Source: Acaryochloris marina MBIC11017 (GTDB lineage Bacteria; Cyanobacteriota; Cyanobacteriia; Thermosynechococcales; Thermosynechococcaceae). From it: a stretch of 32,000 bases of DNA. The stretch spans positions 2,310,001-2,342,000 of the forward strand of contig NC_009925.1 in NCBI RefSeq assembly GCF_000018105.1. Direction: 5' to 3'. The position numbers were made by a program, and so were the translations under genes. The notes under the pieces were generated by a model, which searched no databases, was not told the origin of the DNA, and saw only the letters and a list, made by a program, of their open reading frames with translations. Positions 26,776 to 32,000 of this stretch are shown here, one piece after another. How positions within the stretch are numbered: position 1 is the stretch's first letter; each line of letters begins with the position of its first letter.

Positions 26776-27470
26776 CCCAGCCAATTCAACGGGTAAGTTC
26801 GGGGGCCCCGTGGGAAGCCCAGGTGGGCTACTGTCGAGCCATGCAAGTGGGGGATCAAATTCACGTTTCTGGAACGGCCCCTGTGGATGCTCAAGGGCAG
26901 GTGGTTTCTGCCGATGGCTATACTCAAGCGCATCGATGCCTAGAGATTATCCAGGCTGCTTTACAAGATTTGGGAACAGATACCCATGCCGTTGTACGAA
27001 CCCGTATGTTCGTCACCGATATTACGCAATGGCAGCAGTTCTCCCAGGCTCACCAGGAATTTTTTGGAGCCCATCCCCCCGTTACCACTATGGTGCAAGT
27101 CAGCGCATTAATTGATCCAGCCATGCTCATTGAAATTGAAGCAGATGCAGTGGTTCCAGCAGATAGCGCTGCCATACTAGACGCCCAGGATTGTCGTGAC
27201 ATGACCGATATTCGGGACGCAATTGATCACCTGGATGCCCAAGTTATTGCATTACTCGGTCAGCGATTTGAGTACGTTAAAGCAGCAGCAAAATTCAAAA
27301 CTGATGCCCACAGTGTCCAAGCGCCTGAACGTCTCAAGAAGATGTTAGCGCAGCGTCGGCAATGGGCTGAGAATGCTGGTTTAGAGCCAGACGTTATCGA
27401 ACAGCTGTATTGCAACTTGGTGCAATATTTTATTAATGCTGAACTCGATCATTGGCGTTCATCTCAATAG
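26772..27470 (+). CDS. fusion protein: RidA/YjgF-family domain (lacking the catalytic Arg) + AroQ chorismate-mutase-fold domain (PchB-like)
   Basis: The ATG at 26772 overlaps the upstream TGA (ATGA). The N-terminal domain has GYCRAMQVGDQIHVSGT...MLIEIEADAV. The C-terminal domain has DIRDAIDHLDAQVIALLGQRFEYVKAAAKFK...APERLKKML...WAENAGLEPDVIEQLY. Confidence 0.8.
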   Translation: MTQPIQRVSSGAPWEAQVGYCRAMQVGDQIHVSGTAPVDAQGQVVSADGYTQAHRCLEIIQAALQDLGTDTHAVVRTRMFVTDITQWQQFSQAHQEFFGAHPPVTTMVQVSALIDPAMLIEIEADAVVPADSAAILDAQDCRDMTDIRDAIDHLDAQVIALLGQRFEYVKAAAKFKTDAHSVQAPERLKKMLAQRRQWAENAGLEPDVIEQLYCNLVQYFINAELDHWRSSQ

Positions 27471-27493
27471 CGCTTAGTGTGATGTTCTGAGGT

Positions 27494-29050
27494 TTACCCA
27501 GCAACCGGACGCGCTTGAGCATGAGAAAGGTTCTGCAGGTGATTTTGGAACTGCCGTACCAACAGCACTATCACGCAAAGCTGAGCAACCAAACCGACTA
27601 GGGCACTGCTAATGACCATGGGTTCCGCAAAATCGCTGAAGGGATAGCCTAAGAAGGTCCAAATCATCATGGCGGCCGGAACCTGATCAGGCACGATGCT
27701 CACAATAGACAACATAATCGGTGGAACCAACATCCAGAGACCAAGCCCTCCCATGGTCCAGGTATAAGGGTTGCGAATTTTGAGGGCGAAAATCTGTTGG
27801 ACAACAGCTGTATAAATCAGTAATACTCCAGTCATAGACAAAACAATGATGGCAGCAACGGTAGGAGTCTCTTTTTCAACCCCCACTAAGAGCATCCAGG
27901 GGACATAGAGAGCATTGATAATGATGAGATTGATTGCGATCGCAAGGATAGCCGGACTTTTATCGGCCCAAACTAAATCTCGCAAAATTCCCTGAGGGTG
28001 CTTTTGAAACCTCACCCAGTCGAGGAGAGAGGCTCGCTGAGGACATAGGGCTAACATGATCACGATCGTCAGACCTATGTTAAACGCGTAAAGGAGCCAT
28101 GTACCTGCTTCTGCCGTTGACTCAGCAAAGTTCGCCTGATCGGACGTCACCACGAAGAAGCCCAACACCAATGGCTCTAGGAAAGCCACAATGGCATAAC
28201 TTTGCCATTTACTCATAACGGTCGTATTGGGATTTCGAAATAAGCGGACCAGCATCAACCAAATCAGGGCCGTAGCTATGGCCAGGAAAGATAACGTAAA
28301 CCAGTGAGAAAAAAATGCAGACTGATTGATCGTTTGCCCAAACCATTGAATCGGTGCGTTTTGATCTTCTCCCGCATAGGGATAAGGATTCCATTGAGCA
28401 GACCATTCACTAATTCCTAAAGGCCGCCAAGTCACGGCCATATTCCAGGTCATATAAAGGGGAGCCAGAAAGAAAAGCGTTAGCCCGGCAAACGCTACAG
28501 CCACTACAGATTGTTGCCCGACTGCAATCGTTCGAGAACTGCTGAGCAAGCCATACAGAATTGCCAGGCTGAATAGCGCAAAACATCCGGCTGCCAGGAG
28601 CAAATAATAACTGATTAAGAAAAAGATCGGCATTCCCGAATTCAGCCCAGCCATGATGTGCAACGGAATCGCCAGCCCAATGGCGAGGTACGGCAAGATC
28701 GGAACCCCTAGCATTTTGCCCAATAAAACTCCTCGACTGGGACGGGGGCTAAGCCGAATAAAATTGAGGGTGCCCCGTTTTTCTTCTTGATTGAGATCAC
28801 TCACCAGGTAGTAGCTGCCTGCAGTAAACAGCGCAAACGGGAGAATCCAGATCATGGCTTCGGCTAAACCTGCCCAGCGTTCCAGAACGGATTTGTAAGT
28901 TTGCTGGGAGAACACTAGTCCTAACAGGGTTTGCCCCACTAAAGAGACCACAATTGTGGCGGCAATACTACGGGACTTGAGGCGACCTCGGAATTCTCGC
29001 AGAAGCTGGGGATTCCAGTTGCCGACTCGATTAAGAAAGGTGGATGTCAT
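27494..29050 (-). CDS. ABC-2-type transporter permease, double length (about 12 TM)
   Basis: 518-aa polytopic ORF. The N-terminal half carries the ABC-2 hallmark after the first TM pair (EEKRGTLNFIRLSPRPSRGVLLGKMLG). The C-terminal ~250 aa form a second hydrophobic bundle. It starts 15 nt downstream of the ATPase gene. Confidence 0.7.
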   Translation of the reverse strand: MTSTFLNRVGNWNPQLLREFRGRLKSRSIAATIVVSLVGQTLLGLVFSQQTYKSVLERWAGLAEAMIWILPFALFTAGSYYLVSDLNQEEKRGTLNFIRLSPRPSRGVLLGKMLGVPILPYLAIGLAIPLHIMAGLNSGMPIFFLISYYLLLAAGCFALFSLAILYGLLSSSRTIAVGQQSVVAVAFAGLTLFFLAPLYMTWNMAVTWRPLGISEWSAQWNPYPYAGEDQNAPIQWFGQTINQSAFFSHWFTLSFLAIATALIWLMLVRLFRNPNTTVMSKWQSYAIVAFLEPLVLGFFVVTSDQANFAESTAEAGTWLLYAFNIGLTIVIMLALCPQRASLLDWVRFQKHPQGILRDLVWADKSPAILAIAINLIIINALYVPWMLLVGVEKETPTVAAIIVLSMTGVLLIYTAVVQQIFALKIRNPYTWTMGGLGLWMLVPPIMLSIVSIVPDQVPAAMMIWTFLGYPFSDFAEPMVISSALVGLVAQLCVIVLLVRQFQNHLQNLSHAQARPVAG

Positions 29051-29065
29051 GACGCGACTAGAGAG

Positions 29066-30016
29066 TTATGAGGTTTGCCGATAGCCCATTTTAATAAAGA
29101 TATCTTCTAGGCTCTCTTGAGTACGGTGGAAATCGATAATTGGGAAATTGTGGGAGATCAGCGATCTCAGCAACGCAACGATGTCATCATCCGTGCCCGA
29201 AAAGGTCACAGCAATTTGATGTTTATCAGGTAAGACTTTGCATTCATGGACAAATGCATGGTCCTGTAGAAAGGTTTCAACAGGCGCTAAATCTGTCACC
29301 GTAGAAATAATCAATTGCTGAGTCTGATCTCGGTTGTATAACGCCCGAAGCTCTGAGCTCTCCACCAGTTGCCCCATCTGCATAATGCCGATGGAGGTAC
29401 AGAAGTCTTCCAAATCGCTGAGAATATGAGAAGAGATAAAAATGGTTAAGCCTTGCTGTTGTAAGGTCTTTAAGGTTTGACGGAATTGAACTCTAGCCAC
29501 TGGATCTAACCCAGAAACAGGTTCATCTAACAACAATAAGGTGGGTTTATGAATAATCGTTCGAGCTAAGCTGAGGCGCTGCTTCATGCCTCGAGACAAG
29601 GTACTAATCGGGCTATGGCGCTTATTGTCCAGATCGACCAACGCCAACACTTCCTTCAACCTGTTGCTGAGGTCTGGTTCTTGCAGATAATACAGGCGGG
29701 CAAAATATTCCAGATAATCCCATACCAGCAAATCATCGTATAGAGGAAAATCATCCGGCAGGAAGCCAATCCGCCGCTTGATATCAGGATTAGGCTGGTT
29801 CTGAATAAGAGTCTGTCCAGCAATCGCAATACTTCCCAGGGTGGGTTCTTCAGCCGTCGCCAACATGCGAATCAGAGTGGTTTTGCCAGCGCCATTCGGC
29901 CCAATTAAGCCGTAAATTTCGCCTTGTTGAACTTGCAGATCGACTTGGTTAACAGCAATGCTGTCACCAAACTGTTTCGTCAGTTGCTGAGTGGCAATGA
30001 CTGGAGGATGGGTCAT
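29066..30016 (-). CDS. ABC transporter ATP-binding protein (ABC-2 exporter type)
   Basis: Walker A GPNGAGKTT, signature LSRGMKQRLSLART, Walker B LLLLDEPVSGLD, H-loop SSHIL, plus a C-terminal accessory domain of about 90 aa. Confidence 0.9.
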   Translation of the reverse strand: MTHPPVIATQQLTKQFGDSIAVNQVDLQVQQGEIYGLIGPNGAGKTTLIRMLATAEEPTLGSIAIAGQTLIQNQPNPDIKRRIGFLPDDFPLYDDLLVWDYLEYFARLYYLQEPDLSNRLKEVLALVDLDNKRHSPISTLSRGMKQRLSLARTIIHKPTLLLLDEPVSGLDPVARVQFRQTLKTLQQQGLTIFISSHILSDLEDFCTSIGIMQMGQLVESSELRALYNRDQTQQLIISTVTDLAPVETFLQDHAFVHECKVLPDKHQIAVTFSGTDDDIVALLRSLISHNFPIIDFHRTQESLEDIFIKMGYRQTS

Positions 30017-30175
30017 TGATTCACTGACCTTTACGAGGATGAGAATAATGTCATGATGCCACCATCTTCGCGAATCGGATCTGAAACTTGAGTGATGTCA
30101 ATCACGTCTATCGGCAAAGGAAAAGGACGCAAAGTTAATCACTAGCACATCCAAAACTTTTCAGTATATGAATAT

Positions 30176-30505
30176 ATGGAAGTGGACCTCCATACTGTTG
30201 ATGCTCATGGTATTCGCCTTTCCATCACCGAGAATAATGTGGAAGTTGGGCGAGCATTTGTCTATTTCATGCACAATGATTTGCACGATCAACCTTTTGC
30301 CTTGATGGAAGATGTGTATGTCAATGAAGAGTTTAGAGGGAAGGGGTTAGGCTCCGACCTCGTCCGTCAGGTAATCCAGCTGGCCCAAGATGCCAATTGC
30401 TACAAACTCATCGCCACGAGTCGAGATTCTAGGCCCAAAGTTCACACCCTCTATCGACAGCTCGGATTTACCCAGCGGGGGCTCGAATTTCGTATGGATT
30501 TTTAA
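30176..30505 (+). CDS. minimal GNAT-family N-acetyltransferase (109 aa)
   Basis: Acetyl-CoA motif A VNEEFRGKGLGSDLVRQVIQLA and C-terminal LYRQLGF. An in-frame TAG at 30143..30145 prevents any longer N-terminus. Confidence 0.8.
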   Translation: MEVDLHTVDAHGIRLSITENNVEVGRAFVYFMHNDLHDQPFALMEDVYVNEEFRGKGLGSDLVRQVIQLAQDANCYKLIATSRDSRPKVHTLYRQLGFTQRGLEFRMDF

Positions 30506-30529
30506 ACGACATCCCGTCTGTCAGTACCC

Positions 30530-31516
30530 TTAACCCACGGTCGGCGCTGGGTAGAGGAGATTGTTCATTGGCTTCAGATTAGCCTGCTGCTGTAAGCGGT
30601 TGAGTAGTTTTACGAAATCTATAGGCAAAGGGGCTTGGACACTAATTTCTGTATGAAAAACGGGATGTTTCAGGCTTAAACGCCATGCATGTAAGACTTG
30701 TCCAGATAGATTTACCTTTAAGGATCGCCCTCGACTGTAGAGGGGGTCACCGACAATCGGCCAACCCATCTGAGCGCAATGAACTCGAATTTGATGCGTG
30801 CGTCCGGTTTCTAGCCGAAATTTAACCAATGCATAATTACCCAAAGGCTGGAGAATCTGCCAGTGGGTCACCGCTACTTTTCCCCCTTGTTCTTCAGGCA
30901 CGACTGCCATTTTGATGCGATCTGATCGATGACGGCCAATGGGAAACTCCATTCGCCCTGTTAAGGCAGATGGACGGCCATAAACCAGGCCTACATATTC
31001 CCGTAGCGCTGTTTTGGCTGCAATCTGGGCTTGGAGATGTTGATGAGCTTGATTCGTTTTAGCCACCATAATAGCCCCGGTCGTGTCTTTATCCAGGCGA
31101 TGCACAATTCCTGGACGCTCAACACCGCCAATACCAGAGAGGGTGGAGCCCTGACCATCTTGGCAATGAGCCAGCAAGCCATGCACAAGGGTACCTGTGG
31201 CATGACCAGGGGCAGGGTGGACTACGAGGCCTGCAGGTTTATTGACGATAAGGAGATGGTCATCTTCAAATAGGATCTCTAAATCCATCGGCTCGGGCTC
31301 TAGGGCTAAGGGCTGAGGCGCAGGGATGTGCACTTCGACCTGGTCACCGATTTGCAGGGCATATTTCTTAGAGGTGCAAATCTTATGATTGATTTGGACA
31401 TGGCCCTGTTCAATCAGTTTCTGAATATGCGATCGCGACAATGAATCCACTTGGTTCGCCAGCCAGCGGTCTATTCTGGCAGCAGATCCCTCAACCGAAA
31501 ATTCCAGTTTTTCCAT
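30530..31516 (-). CDS. rluD: RluA-family 23S rRNA pseudouridine synthase (RluD-like) with N-terminal S4 domain
   Basis: An S4-like N-terminus (RIDRWLANQVDSLSRSHIQKLIEQGHVQIN), the catalytic motif HRLDKDTTG and the GRTHQIRVH motif. Confidence 0.9.
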   Translation of the reverse strand: MEKLEFSVEGSAARIDRWLANQVDSLSRSHIQKLIEQGHVQINHKICTSKKYALQIGDQVEVHIPAPQPLALEPEPMDLEILFEDDHLLIVNKPAGLVVHPAPGHATGTLVHGLLAHCQDGQGSTLSGIGGVERPGIVHRLDKDTTGAIMVAKTNQAHQHLQAQIAAKTALREYVGLVYGRPSALTGRMEFPIGRHRSDRIKMAVVPEEQGGKVAVTHWQILQPLGNYALVKFRLETGRTHQIRVHCAQMGWPIVGDPLYSRGRSLKVNLSGQVLHAWRLSLKHPVFHTEISVQAPLPIDFVKLLNRLQQQANLKPMNNLLYPAPTVG

Positions 31517-31531
31517 GGGGATGAGCCTCAG

Positions 31532-32000
31532 TTAGAGGCGACGGCGAATATCTAAACCATGGGTATCGGTCCCACAGGTTTGCAGCAAGCTATGCTGGTC
31601 AGCCAGTCGCATCAGTGTTCGCGTTTGAGATGGACTCGGTTCCCACGGATCGTTATTCCCATAACAATAAAACGTTTCTATGCCATCAATGCCCGCTTGG
31701 ACAGCTGCATTGACTAGCTCCTTTACAGAACGTCGATATCGGGCAGGATGAGCCAGAACAGCCAGTCCTCCGGCTGCATGCAGGGTATTAATCACTTGGT
31801 TGGCCTGGGCCTGATGTCCCGAGGGTGCTGAACCGACTAAATAAGGCTGCAATGCCCCGTGATGAGGATCAAAGCCATAGCCCAGGATATGAACCTGGGT
31901 CTCCAGCAACCGAGACGTAATTTCAATGCCGGTCCACAGATGAGGCAAGGATGATGCACTGTCCGGGGGCTGAGATTGCAAGAGTTCTAAAGCCCTCCAA
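31532..32000 (-). CDS. PHP-domain phosphoesterase (TrpH/YciV-like), 3' part; gene runs off the right window edge
   Basis: The frame remains open upstream of the TTG at 31981 to position 31999 (..WRALELLQSQ..). It has PHP-like blocks GIEITS...VHILGYGFDP, AVLAHPARY and CGTDTHG. It ends 15 nt before the rluD start. Confidence 0.75.
   Translation of the reverse strand, partial: WRALELLQSQPPDSASSLPHLWTGIEITSRLLETQVHILGYGFDPHHGALQPYLVGSAPSGHQAQANQVINTLHAAGGLAVLAHPARYRRSVKELVNAAVQAGIDGIETFYCYGNNDPWEPSPSQTRTLMRLADQHSLLQTCGTDTHGLDIRRRL

Noticed and set aside
30168-30305. 45-aa ORF with a signal-like N-terminus (MNIWKWTSILLMLMVFAFPSP) overlapping the GNAT start in another frame
   Set aside because: It lies almost entirely inside the GNAT coding region, which has clear motifs. 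There is no independent evidence for it and it is probably a frame artefact.

Overview
This window looks like a core-chromosome segment of a cyanobacterium. Supporting signs are nine perfect HIP1 octamers (GCGATCGC), a clpR-clpP pair, a GH57 hydrolase, SLH and pentapeptide-repeat proteins, and a LabA/NYN protein; I cannot assign a genus. I can support about 28 protein-coding genes. Most are housekeeping or envelope genes: a PBP4-type carboxypeptidase, an LptC-like protein, NYN/LabA, metG, an RsbW-like kinase, an MlaF/MlaD-like pair, a pentapeptide-repeat protein, a HEAT-repeat protein, proS, a GerMN lipoprotein, GH57, a CAX antiporter, an SLH protein, an MltA-like lipoprotein, clpP/clpR, rluD and a PHP-domain protein. 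I saw no rRNA, tRNA, CRISPR array, transposase, integrase or phage genes. I did not find a clear multi-gene defence-type system. The most system-like unexplained locus is 26.07-30.5 kb, which lies between housekeeping genes and has four parts: (1) a perfect 19-bp palindrome in the promoter region; (2) a SAM-methyltransferase gene translationally coupled (ATGA) to a fusion of an Arg-less RidA domain and a PchB-like (isochorismate-pyruvate-lyase-type) chorismate-mutase-fold domain; (3) a convergent ABC-2 exporter with a double-length permease; (4) a minimal GNAT. Two other items stand out. One is an 811-aa protein whose first 495 residues have no Lys, Arg or His and about 110 Asp+Glu, followed by one TM helix and three C-terminal SLH repeats; its gene ends 7 nt from a Ca2+/H+ antiporter gene. 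The other is a YfbM/DUF1877-like gene interrupted by one in-frame TGA. All family calls come from motifs read by eye and from memory, and none was checked against a database.
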